The translations under genes and the position numbers were made by a program. From an uncultured Alphaproteobacteria bacterium (GTDB taxonomy: Bacteria > Pseudomonadota > Alphaproteobacteria > Methylaequorales > Methylaequoraceae): a DNA stretch of 64,000 bases. The notes below the pieces were generated by a model. It did no database searches. It was not told where the DNA came from and was given only the letters and a program-made list of their open reading frames with translations. This document shows, piece by piece, positions 19,382 through 29,779 of this stretch. The stretch spans positions 64,090 to 128,089 of the forward strand of contig CACMWI010000001.1 of assembly GCA_902617375.1 (NCBI GenBank), read 5' to 3'. Position 1 is the stretch's first letter. Each line of letters starts with the position of its first letter.

Positions 19382-20278
19382 ATGAAAATTTCCAAAACAA
19401 ATACTCAAGACTTAATAGATAAAGCTACAATTCTCTCAAAAGCATTACCATTCATGCAGAGATATTCAGGTAAAAATATAACCGTTAAGCTAGGGGGAGC
19501 TGTGATGGGAGAAAAAAATCTTAGCTCAAGTTTTGCCAAAGATATTGTGCTTCTAAAACAAGTTGGAATCAATCCAGTTGTTGTCCACGGTGGGGGGCCA
19601 AAAATAAAAGATATGCTTGATAAGCTTGGAGTTGAGAGTAACTTTATAAATGGCTTGAGAGTAACTGACAAAGAAACCATGAAAATTGTTGAAATGGTAT
19701 TATCCGGCTCAATCAATAAAGAAATTGTAATGGAAATTAATAAAGAAGGAGGAAGAGGTATAGGTTTGTCCGGAAAAGATGCATTATTGGCAGAGACAAA
19801 AAAAATAAAAATACCCAGTTCAAACCTCAAAGCCTCTAAATTATCAGACATTGGTTTTGTAGGACAACCACATAAAATTAATAAAGAACTTTTAAAATGG
19901 CTACTTCAATCTGATTTAGTCCCAGTTATTTCGCCAATAGGATTTGATAAGAGTTTTGAAACCTTCAACATTAACGCAGATATTATGGCTGGAAGCGTCG
20001 CTTCAAACATTAATTCTGAAAGATTAATTCTTTTGACTGACGTTGACGGAGTTCTTGACAAAAAAGGAAGTTTGTTAACGGAGATTTCATTAGACGATAT
20101 AAAAAAACTTATTAAAAACGGAACTATATCAGGAGGAATGATACCTAAAATCGAGACCTGTGTGAACGCTGTTAAAAAAGGTGTAAAAGCTGCAGTAATA
20201 TTAAATGGCAAAGTTCCACATGCCATTTTATTAGAGATTTTTACTGAAAAAGGCGTAGGTACTTTAATCACCAGCTGA
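19382..20278 (+). CDS. argB: Acetylglutamate kinase
   Basis: 298 aa. Amino-acid kinase family motifs are present (VKLGGAVM, VVHGGGPKI, ISPIGFD). Confidence 0.9.
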   Translation: MKISKTNTQDLIDKATILSKALPFMQRYSGKNITVKLGGAVMGEKNLSSSFAKDIVLLKQVGINPVVVHGGGPKIKDMLDKLGVESNFINGLRVTDKETMKIVEMVLSGSINKEIVMEINKEGGRGIGLSGKDALLAETKKIKIPSSNLKASKLSDIGFVGQPHKINKELLKWLLQSDLVPVISPIGFDKSFETFNINADIMAGSVASNINSERLILLTDVDGVLDKKGSLLTEISLDDIKKLIKNGTISGGMIPKIETCVNAVKKGVKAAVILNGKVPHAILLEIFTEKGVGTLITS

Positions 20279-20937
20279 TGTTAATTCAAAATTTAGCAAA
20301 AAAGAAAAATTGGTTATTTGATTTAGACAATACATTGTATTCACCAAATCTAGGTATATTTTCTCAAATTGACGAAAGGATGAAAAAATTCATTTCGAAA
20401 AAGCTTAAGTTATCCGAAACAAAATCTTTTGTATTACAGAAAAATTTTTATAAGAAATATGGAACAACACTCTACGGATTGATGAAGCATTATGAAGTTG
20501 ATCCCAAAGAATTTTGTAATTATGTTCACAATATTAATTTAAAGAATTTAAAACACTCTAAAAGTTTAAGAAGTAAACTCCAAGCTCTCCCTGGTCGTAA
20601 AATCATATATACAAATGGTGATTATAAGTATGCAAAAAAAATTTTGAGATGTTTAGGAATCGAAGATCAGTTCTTAGACATTTTTGATATAACAAAATCA
20701 AATTATATACCAAAGCCAATGAAATCGTCACTTAATAAATTAATAAAACAATATGAACTAAATCCTTTGGAAACTGCTTATTTTGACGATTTAGAAAAGA
20801 ATCTTATGTCAGCATCACTTAAGGGTTTTACTACCATACATATTTCAGAGAAATCAAGTAGTGAGTCACAATCTTACATTGATTTTAGATTTAAAACTGT
20901 AATAAATGCTTTAGATATGATAAGTAAAGTTTTATAA
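20278..20937 (+). CDS. HAD-superfamily hydrolase (pyrimidine 5'-nucleotidase-like)
   Basis: 219 aa. It has the HAD motif I (WLFDLDNTLY) and a C-terminal HAD motif (YFDDLEKNL). Confidence 0.75.
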   Translation: MLIQNLAKKKNWLFDLDNTLYSPNLGIFSQIDERMKKFISKKLKLSETKSFVLQKNFYKKYGTTLYGLMKHYEVDPKEFCNYVHNINLKNLKHSKSLRSKLQALPGRKIIYTNGDYKYAKKILRCLGIEDQFLDIFDITKSNYIPKPMKSSLNKLIKQYELNPLETAYFDDLEKNLMSASLKGFTTIHISEKSSSESQSYIDFRFKTVINALDMISKVL

Positions 20938-20950
20938 ATTATAAAAAAAC

Positions 20951-21802
20951 ATGAATTCAAACGTTAAAGAAGAAATTGAAAAATATTGGGAAGAAAGAGA
21001 AAGTTTAAATTTTTCTGATCCAGATATAAAAAAAAATATATTTAGTGTTCTCCAACTACTTGACTCTGGTGAAATAAGAGTTTGCGAAAAAAAAAACGAT
21101 AATTGGATTACAAATGAATGGATAAAAAAAGGAATCTTACTTTCATTTAAAACTCAAGATAATGTAATCTTTTCTAGTGGGATTTCAAATTCTAGAAGAG
21201 GCCAGTATAGCTGGTTTGATAAAGTTTATCTTAAAACATCTGGTTGGGTCGAAGATGAATGGACAAAAAGAAGTTTTAGATCTGTTCCTGGAGCAATAGT
21301 AAGGTATTCAGCTTTTGTTGCAAAAAACGTTGTTTTAATGCCTTCATTTTTAAATTTAGGTGCTTTTGTTGATAGTGGTTCAATGATTGACACTTGGGCA
21401 ACTGTAGGTTCTTGCGCTCAGATTGGAAAAAATGTTCATATTTCTGGTGGAGCAGGTATAGGTGGAGTTTTAGAACCCTTGCAGGCTAACCCAGTAATAA
21501 TTGAAGATAATTGCTTCATTGGTGCAAGATCAGAGATAGCTGAGGGTGTAATTGTTAAAGAAGGAAGTGTAATTTCAATGGGCGTTTATGTTGGTGCATC
21601 CACCAAGATTGTAGATCGAGAAACAGGAGAGATTTATTTTGGAGAAATACCACCATATTCCGTTGTGGTTCCTGGATCGTTACCAGGAAAAAACCTTAAA
21701 AATGGAGAAATCGGTCCCAGTTTATATTGCGCAGTAATTGTAAAAAAAGTTGACGCAAAAACAAGATCAAAAACGTCAATTAACGATCTTCTTAGGTCAT
21801 AA
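20951..21802 (+). CDS. dapD: 2,3,4,5-tetrahydropyridine-2,6-dicarboxylate N-succinyltransferase
   Basis: 283 aa with left-handed beta-helix hexapeptide repeats and DapD C-terminal motifs ([16 protein letters not shown]…[10 protein letters not shown]). Confidence 0.88.
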   Translation: MNSNVKEEIEKYWEERESLNFSDPDIKKNIFSVLQLLDSGEIRVCEKKNDNWITNEWIKKGILLSFKTQDNVIFSSGISNSRRGQYSWFDKVYLKTSGWVEDEWTKRSFRSVPGAIVRYSAFVAKNVVLMPSFLNLGAFVDSGSMIDTWATVGSCAQIGKNVHISGGAGIGGVLEPLQANPVIIEDNCFIGARSEIAEGVIVKEGSVISMGVYVGASTKIVDRETGEIYFGEIPPYSVVVPGSLPGKNLKNGEIGPSLYCAVIVKKVDAKTRSKTSINDLLRS

Positions 21803-22950
21803 TGGATACAATTGAGTTATCATCAAAACTTATAAAATTTAAGAGTATAACGCCTGATAATTCTGGAGCGATAGATTATATTCAAAAAGTTTTAAAGAAA
21901 AAAAAGTTTAACTGCCACATACTAGAGTCTGGGACTAACAAAATTAAGAATCTTTATGCATCATTTAAAGGGGGCGAGGGACCAAACCTTTGTTTTGCAG
22001 GTCACACTGACGTTGTACCTCCAGGTGATCTGAAAAAATGGAAAACCAATCCTTTTGAACCTCATATAACAAATGGAAGATTATATGGGAGAGGAGCAAG
22101 TGACATGAAAACAGCTATTTCATCTTTCATGGTTGCTACAGAAATCTTTCTTGAGGAGAATAAATTTGCTTTTGATGGAACTATCTCTTTTCTTATAACT
22201 TCAGACGAAGAGGGAGAAGCAGAGTTTGGGACTAAGAGTCTAATAAAATGGATAAAATCTAAAAAAAAAAAGATTGATTACTGTTTAGTTGGTGAACCAA
22301 CTAATCCAAATAGACTCGGTGAAATGATTAAAATTGGGAGAAGAGGAAGTATTAATTTTTTGTTAGAAGTCTTTGGAGAACAGGGACACGTTGCATACCC
22401 TGAAAAAGCACATAATCCAATAGATAATCTAGAGAAAATATTTAAAGAACTTCATAAACCTTTTGATTCAGGATCAAAAAGGTTTCAACCTACAAAATTA
22501 ATTATTACGTCTATTGATTCGTCAAACTTCACATCAAATATCATACCTGGAAAAGTTGAAATAAGGTTCAATGTCAGATTCAATGATAAATTTAATTCCC
22601 AACAAGTTATTAATCTTATAAAAAAAAGGATCAAATCAGTGACAACAAAATATAAACTTTCCTCGAAAGTTTCTGGTGAGTCTTTTTTTAATTATTCCAA
22701 TATTCTTACAGATTCACTTGTTCGATCGATAAAAACAGTGACAAGATGTAACCCAATATTAAGTACCACTGGCGGAACCTCAGATGCGAGATTTATCTCA
22801 GAAATATGCCCAGTCGTAGAATTTGGTCTGGTAGGAAAAACAATGCACAAAGTAAATGAAATGGTTGAGGTTAGAAGTATTGATAAATTAACCAAAATTT
22901 ACCATCAATTCATTAAAAATATATTTCTAAAGAATGAGTTTAATAAGTAA
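21802..22950 (+). CDS. dapE: Succinyl-diaminopimelate desuccinylase (M20 peptidase)
   Basis: 382 aa with M20 metal ligands (AGHTDVVPPG, RGASDMK, SDEEGEA, HKVNE). Confidence 0.88.
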   Translation: MDTIELSSKLIKFKSITPDNSGAIDYIQKVLKKKKFNCHILESGTNKIKNLYASFKGGEGPNLCFAGHTDVVPPGDLKKWKTNPFEPHITNGRLYGRGASDMKTAISSFMVATEIFLEENKFAFDGTISFLITSDEEGEAEFGTKSLIKWIKSKKKKIDYCLVGEPTNPNRLGEMIKIGRRGSINFLLEVFGEQGHVAYPEKAHNPIDNLEKIFKELHKPFDSGSKRFQPTKLIITSIDSSNFTSNIIPGKVEIRFNVRFNDKFNSQQVINLIKKRIKSVTTKYKLSSKVSGESFFNYSNILTDSLVRSIKTVTRCNPILSTTGGTSDARFISEICPVVEFGLVGKTMHKVNEMVEVRSIDKLTKIYHQFIKNIFLKNEFNK

Positions 22951-23692
22951 CTTTTTCTAAATAAAGTCCGCATGATGGTGCCGTTGGCCCGGCTTTCGTT
23001 CTATCTTTAGATTTCAAAATTTCTACAACTTTCTCATCGTCCCATTTTCCAATACCTACATTCACCAATGTGCCAATGATAATTCTAACCTGGTTATGTA
23101 AAAACGATTTACCAAAAACTCTGATTTCAATATTGTCGTTATTTTTTTTTATTTTTATTGCTTCTAACGATCGAATTGAGGTTTTAGCCTGACAATTTAT
23201 TGAGCGAAATGCGTTAAAGTCTTTTTTTCCAATTAATACATGAGATGCCTCTTTCATTTTGCCAGTATTTAACAATCTTGGAAAATGCCATACTCTATTT
23301 TCTAAAATAAAGGATGGCGTTGATCTATTTAAAATTTTATACAAATAAATTTTTTTTTTCACAGAGAATCTTGAATGAAAGATTGCAGAAACCTTTTCAG
23401 ATTTAAGAATTGTTATTTTATTTTTCGATTTTTTTAATAAATAATTTAATGCCTTTGATATTTTTTTTGTTTCAATATGTGATTTTTTTAGGTCGAAATG
23501 TGCAATTTGTCCAAAGGCGTGCACACCAGCATCAGTCCGCCCAGAAACATAAATTTTTATTTTTGAATTAAATAGTTTTTCTAAACAAATTTCAATTTCT
23601 TCTTGAATGGATCTACCATTTTGTTGTTTTTGCCAACCTACGTATTCACTACCATCATATTCAATTGTAAGTTTAATTCTTCCCATCAACAA
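22940..23692 (-). CDS. truA: tRNA pseudouridine(38-40) synthase
   Basis: 250 aa with the catalytic Asp motif (GRTDAGVHAFGQ). Confidence 0.88.
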   Translation of the reverse strand: MLMGRIKLTIEYDGSEYVGWQKQQNGRSIQEEIEICLEKLFNSKIKIYVSGRTDAGVHAFGQIAHFDLKKSHIETKKISKALNYLLKKSKNKITILKSEKVSAIFHSRFSVKKKIYLYKILNRSTPSFILENRVWHFPRLLNTGKMKEASHVLIGKKDFNAFRSINCQAKTSIRSLEAIKIKKNNDNIEIRVFGKSFLHNQVRIIIGTLVNVGIGKWDDEKVVEILKSKDRTKAGPTAPSCGLYLEKVTY

Positions 23693-24639
23693 AATTCTGA
23701 AATTGAAATTTTATTTCCGTTTAAAAAGTCAACTGCAGAAATTGGTTTTTTTCCATTCCTTTGAAGGATTTTTATTTTCAAGAAATCTTTACCACATCTA
23801 ACTTCAAGATCTTCATCAACCCCACCAATCTTAAGTTTATCCTTTTTTTGGTAATCTTTTTCTTTAATTATGTTGGCTTTAAGGATTTTAATTCTCGTGT
23901 CTGAATTTCGAATAATTGTCCAAGCGCCAGGTTTTGGGCTAAAAGCCTTAATTTTTTGATTAATTTCATGAGCATCTTTCTCCCAATTAATTTGTGCTTC
24001 ATTTTTTTTGATTTTTTCGGCATATGTTACAAATCTTTCATCCTGATACACATAACTAACATCATCATTGATAATTTTGAAAATTGCATCCCTCAGTATT
24101 TTTTTGCCAAAGAAAACAATCTTTTTGTAAACATTTTCGCAATTATCATCATCTTCAATAACAATTTTTTGCAAAGTTATAATTGGACCTGAATCAAGTT
24201 TTTCATCTAGCCTCATTATGCATACACCTGTTTCTTTATCATCTGACAAGATAGCTCTTTGAATTGGTGCAGCCCCTCTCCACCTAGGTAATAATGAAGC
24301 ATGAACGTTAATACTAAGATAATCTGGGATATTTATAATTTCTTTTGTTAAAATATTTCCGTATGCAACAATAATATTGAAATCAATTTTTCTTGTTTTT
24401 ACATAGTCTAAAAATTTTCTGTCTTTCATATCTGCGGGAGTTAAAACGTCAATTTTATTTTTTAAACCCCATTCATGAACAGGTGAAATGTTAACTTTTT
24501 TTCCCCTTCCAGAGGGAATTGGTGGCTTAGTAACAATATATGAAATTTTAATATTTTGAGAAAATAACTCTTTTAGGAAGCTTAATGAAAACTCTGATGT
24601 ACCGTAAAATCCAATACAAAGTTTACTTAGACTCTTCAT
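23686..24639 (-). CDS. fmt: Methionyl-tRNA formyltransferase
   Basis: 317 aa with the formyltransferase core (NVHASLLPRWRGAAPIQRAI). It lies in a def-fmt operon. Confidence 0.88.
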   Translation of the reverse strand: MKSLSKLCIGFYGTSEFSLSFLKELFSQNIKISYIVTKPPIPSGRGKKVNISPVHEWGLKNKIDVLTPADMKDRKFLDYVKTRKIDFNIIVAYGNILTKEIINIPDYLSINVHASLLPRWRGAAPIQRAILSDDKETGVCIMRLDEKLDSGPIITLQKIVIEDDDNCENVYKKIVFFGKKILRDAIFKIINDDVSYVYQDERFVTYAEKIKKNEAQINWEKDAHEINQKIKAFSPKPGAWTIIRNSDTRIKILKANIIKEKDYQKKDKLKIGGVDEDLEVRCGKDFLKIKILQRNGKKPISAVDFLNGNKISISEFC

Positions 24640-25147
24640 TATTTTTTTTTTGAATTTTCTTAACCTTTTCGAGAGCTCTATTTTTTTTTAATTTCGATAA
24701 ATAATCTATAAATAAAATTCCATCTAAATGATCGATTTCATGTTGAATACAAATTGATAGCAAGCCACTACATTTTTTCTTTTTTTTTTTTCCTTTTAAG
24801 TCATACCATTCAACCTCTATTTCGGACGGCCTTTTAACATCCGCATAATATCCAGGAATAGATAGACATCCCTCTTCATTAATTAACCTCTCAGGTGACG
24901 AACTTAAAATTTTAGGGTTTACCAAAGTCATTGGATTTGATTTTCCATCCTCTTTGAGGTCAATCACAACAATTCTTTTGTTAATACCAACTTGGGGTGC
25001 TGCTAAGCCAATACCGTTTCCTGAAGCTACCAAGGTATCAAACATGTTTTTTACAATGCTTTTAAGATCCTCGTCAAATGCTTCAACATTTGTTGATTTG
25101 TACTTTAATCTTTTATCAGGTATTATTAATATATCCAAAACGCTCAT
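24623..25147 (-). CDS. def: Peptide deformylase
   Basis: 174 aa with the three PDF motifs (GIGLAAPQVG, EGCLSIPG, HEIDHLDG). Confidence 0.92.
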   Translation of the reverse strand: MSVLDILIIPDKRLKYKSTNVEAFDEDLKSIVKNMFDTLVASGNGIGLAAPQVGINKRIVVIDLKEDGKSNPMTLVNPKILSSSPERLINEEGCLSIPGYYADVKRPSEIEVEWYDLKGKKKKKKCSGLLSICIQHEIDHLDGILFIDYLSKLKKNRALEKVKKIQKKNNEESK

Positions 25148-25158
25148 TAAATTTTACT

Positions 25159-26145
25159 ATGATAATTACTAACCAGGTTTTTTATATTATTATTCTTTTG
25201 TTATTGATCATCTTATTTTTACAATTTTTTATATCAAACAACAATACAAAAGAGAGAATTAAAATTCTATTGGAAAAACAATCAATAATTGAACAATCTA
25301 TATCAGATTTAATTATAAGAAATTTTGACAAAATTGATTCAAAGTTCGATAAATCATCTTTTGAAAATCATAACAACTTAAGTCAAATTAGAGAAAAAAT
25401 GTCCTTGATTGATAGGGCTCAACAAAATATTTCAAGTCTAACCGAGAATGTTGTTGATTTAAAAAACTTTTTGTCAAACACAACCCAAAGGGGAAGGTTC
25501 GGGGAAATGTTACTTGAAAATTTAATTAAGGACCACCTCCCCAAAGACCATTACGAGTTTCAAAAAACATTATCAAATAGCTCAAGGGTTGATTGTATGA
25601 TTATGTCACCAGGTTCTCTTAATAAAACTTGTATTGATGCTAAATTTCCAAAAGAAAGTTTTGAAAAATTTCAAAAGTCAGTTTCAAAAGATGAAAAACT
25701 CAAGCTACTTAAAAAATTTAAATCTGATATCAAAAACCATATTTCAACAGTTCAAGAAAAATATCTTATTTCAGGAGAAACTTCAGATATTGCATTAATT
25801 TTCATTCCAAGCGAACAAGTCTACTTAGAAATATTTAGATTATTTCCAGAACTTAGCGAAACATTTTACATAACAAAAGTTTTTTTAGTGTCACCCACAA
25901 CTTTGTGGATAATTCTGAATTCGATTGAGAGCCTTATAAGAGACAAAAAAATTCAGAATAATGCAACTTTTATTTTTCAACATTTGAAAGAATTAAATAC
26001 AGAGTTAATCAGGCTTGAGAGTCGCATTAAAAAGATGGATAGTCACTTTTCTAATGCCCAGGTTGATCTTAACGATATTTTGATAACCTCAAAAAAAATT
26101 TCAAATAAAAGAGAAAAATTATTGAAATTAGATGATTCTAACTAA
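25159..26145 (+). CDS. rmuC: DNA recombination protein RmuC
   Basis: An N-terminal TM helix is followed by a long coiled coil and the RmuC C-terminal nuclease-like region (DIALIFIPSEQVY…VSPTTLW). The start is taken at the internal Met (MIITNQ) to avoid the antisense overlap with def that the 25078 start would create. Confidence 0.75.
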   Translation: MIITNQVFYIIILLLLIILFLQFFISNNNTKERIKILLEKQSIIEQSISDLIIRNFDKIDSKFDKSSFENHNNLSQIREKMSLIDRAQQNISSLTENVVDLKNFLSNTTQRGRFGEMLLENLIKDHLPKDHYEFQKTLSNSSRVDCMIMSPGSLNKTCIDAKFPKESFEKFQKSVSKDEKLKLLKKFKSDIKNHISTVQEKYLISGETSDIALIFIPSEQVYLEIFRLFPELSETFYITKVFLVSPTTLWIILNSIESLIRDKKIQNNATFIFQHLKELNTELIRLESRIKKMDSHFSNAQVDLNDILITSKKISNKREKLLKLDDSN

Positions 26146-26737
26146 TTTTTTTTATTTCAGATCGAGAGGTAAATGCTGTTGACATTGTATTATAATCTAA
26201 CAGATCAAGTTCACCTCCAATAGGAATTCCTTGAGCCAATCTTGTAATTAAAATTTTAAATTTTGCACACTCGTCAGCAATATATTGTCCAGTTATTTGA
26301 CCTTCCGTAGTAGCATTTGTAGCGATTATTACCTCTTTGATAGAACCAGATTCTAACCTTTTTAATAATGAAACAATATTAAGCTGCTCAGGTCCAACTC
26401 CGTCCATTGCTGACAAAACACCACCCAACACGTGGTAAGTTCCGTTGAACGCTTTGCTTTTTTCGATTGCCCATAAATCTCCTATATCCTCGACAATACA
26501 TAGTTTTCCATTTTTTCTTTTATCATCAGCGCATATGTTACAAGGGTTAATCACATCAACATTTCCACATAAATGGCAATAAGAAAGTTCTGATTTAACA
26601 TTTTCAATGGTTGTAATTAAAGTTGGAATGATTTTTTCTTTATTTTTAAGTAAATAAAGTACTATTCTTCTTGCAGATCTTGGACCTAAACTGGGTAACT
26701 TTGAAAAAATATTAATTAATTCTCCAAGAGATGACAT
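26138..26737 (-). CDS. recR: Recombination protein RecR
   Basis: 199 aa with a C4 zinc finger (CHLCGN…CNIC) and a Toprim domain. Confidence 0.9.
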   Translation of the reverse strand: MSSLGELINIFSKLPSLGPRSARRIVLYLLKNKEKIIPTLITTIENVKSELSYCHLCGNVDVINPCNICADDKRKNGKLCIVEDIGDLWAIEKSKAFNGTYHVLGGVLSAMDGVGPEQLNIVSLLKRLESGSIKEVIIATNATTEGQITGQYIADECAKFKILITRLAQGIPIGGELDLLDYNTMSTAFTSRSEIKKIS

Positions 26738-26741
26738 ACAT

Positions 26742-27065
26742 CTAAAAAGGTAACTTTAAACCAGGAGGTAAGCCCATACCACCAGAAATCGAACCTAACT
26801 GATCATTTGTATTTTCAGCAATTTTCTTATTTACATCGTTTAAGGCTGCTATAATAAGATCCTCTAAAACTTCCTTTTCGTCTGAATTAACAATTGAAGG
26901 GTCTATAAAAAGATTCTTAACTTCGTGTTTTCCATTCATTACAATTTTAACAGCTCCTCCACCAGAGCTTCCCTCAATTTCAGTTTCTTCTATTTTTTTT
27001 TGCATTTCAGCCATTTTTTCTTGCATTGCTTTTGCTTGTTTCATTATTTGTGACATATTATTCAT
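26742..27065 (-). CDS. ybaB: Nucleoid-associated protein YbaB/EbfC
   Basis: 107 aa (MQKKIEETEIEGSSGGGAVKIVMNGKHEV). It lies between dnaX and recR as expected. Confidence 0.88.
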   Translation of the reverse strand: MNNMSQIMKQAKAMQEKMAEMQKKIEETEIEGSSGGGAVKIVMNGKHEVKNLFIDPSIVNSDEKEVLEDLIIAALNDVNKKIAENTNDQLGSISGGMGLPPGLKLPF

Positions 27066-28788
27066 TTTCTTCCCTTTTCATTAATTTATCATTTTCTAGT
27101 TCCTGTATTGAAATTACTTCAGAAGATGGAATGATTTCAAGAATTTTTTTTATAAAGTTATCATTACATATTTCTATAATCTTATTTTTTTCAATTGTTC
27201 TTTCGTATTCTTTTAAAGACTGAGAGCCTTTTCTACTTGATAACGTTATTGTCCATCTTTCTTTTTCAATCTCACTTATAAGTTTAGACGCTTTCCATAA
27301 AATCTTTCTTGAATCTTTATTTTCAGATATATTTTCAAGCTCAATCTCCCTGATATTGTTGTTGTCTTTAATGGTGACTAATTTAAATGAGGTTCTAAGG
27401 TGATGGGCTATTTGCATTTCTGATTTATTTTCAATTTTGTCTACAATTTTTTTAAATCTTGCTAAATTATTTATTCTTGCATCTGTTTTATTTTCTGATT
27501 CAATAATTTTTTTAGGTTTTGGCTCTAATGCTAAATTACTTATGGTTTCTGTGGTGTCTGCGTCATTTGATTTTTTAATTGTGTTTTCAGAAACATTTGA
27601 TTCCGTTTTGGTTTTAGCCTTAATCTCAATTTTATCTTCATTCTTAATTGATTCATTTTCTTTGAGTAATTCAAAAGGTGTGGGAACCAGAGAAATAAAG
27701 CAAAGTCTCATTATAGTCATCTCAAAGAATTGTTTTTCGTCAAAACAGTTATTAATTTCGTTAATATATTTTTGCATGAGTTCCCAAAATCTAATTAAAA
27801 AATCCATTTCAAAATTTTTAGCAACGAATTCAACAGTTTCTAAAATTTTCTTCTCAAGGTGTAAACTTTCAATATCAACTTCACTTTTAATTCTCATTGA
27901 ATGGTAGGTTAAATTCATCAACGTTTGGCTTAAAATTTTAACAGACGCTCCTTTGCTGTATAAATCTTCAAATATATCTAACGCAACTTTTGGATCCCCT
28001 TCAAATAAAGCCCTCAGTAGTTTTAAAACCAAATTGTTGTCCGATAAACCTATAACGGTTTTAATATTCTGAATTCTAACTGGATTTCCTCTGGTAAGAA
28101 CATTGTCAAGAATTGACAAAGAGTCCCTTACAGAACCTTCAGCAGATTGGGCTATTAAATTGCATCCCTCTAATTCAATCTCAAAACCCTCTTTTTTTGA
28201 AATCTCTTTTAAAAAATGACCAATTAAATCTGTATCGACTCTTTTAAGCTGAAAACGTTGGCACCGTGAAAGAATTGTTAGTGGGATTTTCTCAGTTTCC
28301 GTCGTCGCAAATATAAATATAACATCTATTGGAGGTTCTTCTAAAGTTTTTAGTAATGCGTTGAAAGCAGCTTTTGATAACATGTGAACTTCATCTATTA
28401 TAAAAATTTTTTTTTTGGCAGAGACTGGTTTATAATTGACGTTATCTATTATTTCTCTAACATCAGCAACACCAGTTTTACTTGCTGCATCAATCTCCAC
28501 TACATCAATATTATTCCCGGAATCAATAGATTCACAATTTTTACAATTACCACAGGGTTCAACCATTTCCTTACTAAGGTTCAGACAATTAACGATTTTT
28601 GCTAATATCCTTGCAAGTGTGGTTTTTCCTACTCCTCTTGTACCAGAAAATAAGTAGGCATGAGCGATTCTATCTAATTTGACTGAACCCTCAATTATTT
28701 TACAGGTTTCTTCTTGACCGATTATTTCTGATAATTTTTGTGGTCTATATTTTCTTGCTAATACTATGTAATTGTTAGAATTCTTCAT
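27058..28788 (-). CDS. dnaX: DNA polymerase III subunit gamma/tau
   Basis: 576 aa with an AAA+ Walker A (GTRGVGKTT), a zinc module (CGNCKNCESIDSG) and the DEVHML box. Confidence 0.9.
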   Translation of the reverse strand: MKNSNNYIVLARKYRPQKLSEIIGQEETCKIIEGSVKLDRIAHAYLFSGTRGVGKTTLARILAKIVNCLNLSKEMVEPCGNCKNCESIDSGNNIDVVEIDAASKTGVADVREIIDNVNYKPVSAKKKIFIIDEVHMLSKAAFNALLKTLEEPPIDVIFIFATTETEKIPLTILSRCQRFQLKRVDTDLIGHFLKEISKKEGFEIELEGCNLIAQSAEGSVRDSLSILDNVLTRGNPVRIQNIKTVIGLSDNNLVLKLLRALFEGDPKVALDIFEDLYSKGASVKILSQTLMNLTYHSMRIKSEVDIESLHLEKKILETVEFVAKNFEMDFLIRFWELMQKYINEINNCFDEKQFFEMTIMRLCFISLVPTPFELLKENESIKNEDKIEIKAKTKTESNVSENTIKKSNDADTTETISNLALEPKPKKIIESENKTDARINNLARFKKIVDKIENKSEMQIAHHLRTSFKLVTIKDNNNIREIELENISENKDSRKILWKASKLISEIEKERWTITLSSRKGSQSLKEYERTIEKNKIIEICNDNFIKKILEIIPSSEVISIQELENDKLMKREENE

Positions 28789-28799
28789 AAAAAATCAAA

Positions 28800-28895
28800 A
28801 AAAGGAGCTGAAATTTAACCCAATAGAAAACGTTACGGCTGCTTCTTTTCAGTTCTGACCGGATTGGCGAACCTATTGCCTAAATTCAACTCCCG
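28800..28895 (-). ncRNA. ffs: Signal recognition particle RNA (small 4.5S-type)
   Basis: On the - strand, GGTCAGAACTGAAAAGAAGCAGCC matches the conserved SRP RNA domain IV consensus (GGUCAGGUCCGGAAGGAAGCAGCC). The flanks GGGAGTTGAATTTAGGCAATAG and CTATTGGGTTAAATTTCAGCTCC pair into a long helix. It lies immediately 5' of dnaX, which is the conserved position. Confidence 0.75.
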
Positions 28896-28933
28896 TTTAA
28901 ACTTATCATTAAACTTTTTACTTTTAAATAATA

Positions 28934-29767
28934 TTATTTTCTAAATTTAGAGGCTTCATAAAAACCAAGTATTCTAAATTTGGATGAAAAACTTTTAAGA
29001 ACTTTCAATGCTTTCTTAAAGCTTCCGTTGTCAGGATGCGATTCAACATCAATTATAAAAGAAAACTGTTTAAAATCTTTATTAACAAAAAAACTTTCTA
29101 ATCTTGTTAAATTGATACTGTTTTCTGCAAAACCTCCCAAAGCTTTATATAAAGATGCTGGAATATTTTTCGTATTAAAAACAATAGATGTGATTACCTT
29201 TCGATCCATATTTATTTTTGGACTACTCTTTGAAAAAACTAAAAATCTAGTTATGTTATCTCTTCTGTCTTGCAGATTTTTTTTTAGTATTCTTAGTTCA
29301 TAAATCTCAGATGCTAGCATGGATGCAATTGCAGAAATATCTGAATCCTCACTATCTCTTACAAATTTTGCTGCCCCTGCCGTATCAATATAATTTACAG
29401 GTTCCAGTTTCAATTTCTCAATATTAGCTCTACACTGCGACAAAGCATGAGTATGACTATAAACTTTGTTAATATTTTTTAATGATACATCTTTTTTTGT
29501 CATAAGATGATGTTCAACCTTGTGATAATGTTCAGCAACTATTTTCAATTCAATTTTCTCTAACAACAAATGCATATCAGCTACTCTTCCTGCAATATTG
29601 TTTTCAACTGGTATTAAAGCAAGATTCGCAACTCCTTTAGAAACTGCATCTAGGGTTTTCTGGAAAGTTTCACATGGTAAAGTTTTATAAGTCCGATAAA
29701 ATTTTCGACAAACTAAATCTGAATAAGCTCCGTCTATGCCCTGAAATGAAACTATTTTTTTTTTCAT
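28934..29767 (-). CDS. pheA: Prephenate dehydratase
   Basis: 277 aa. A PDT domain is followed by a C-terminal ACT domain (ENSINLTRLESF motif). Confidence 0.85.
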   Translation of the reverse strand: MKKKIVSFQGIDGAYSDLVCRKFYRTYKTLPCETFQKTLDAVSKGVANLALIPVENNIAGRVADMHLLLEKIELKIVAEHYHKVEHHLMTKKDVSLKNINKVYSHTHALSQCRANIEKLKLEPVNYIDTAGAAKFVRDSEDSDISAIASMLASEIYELRILKKNLQDRRDNITRFLVFSKSSPKINMDRKVITSIVFNTKNIPASLYKALGGFAENSINLTRLESFFVNKDFKQFSFIIDVESHPDNGSFKKALKVLKSFSSKFRILGFYEASKFRK

Positions 29768-29779
29768 GATTAAGGCTGA

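Noticed and set aside
25078-25158. Upstream extension of rmuC to the ATG at 25078
   Set aside because: It would create a ~70-nt antisense overlap with def. The internal Met at 25159, followed directly by the TM helix, is the more plausible start.
27058-28788. Programmed -1 frameshift site in dnaX (gamma subunit production)
   Set aside because: I searched for an A-AAA-AAG-type heptamer in the 0 frame. The A-rich run near codons ~420-440 (TTT AAA AAA ATT) is not positioned as an X-XXY-YYZ slippery heptamer, so no frameshift signal is supported.
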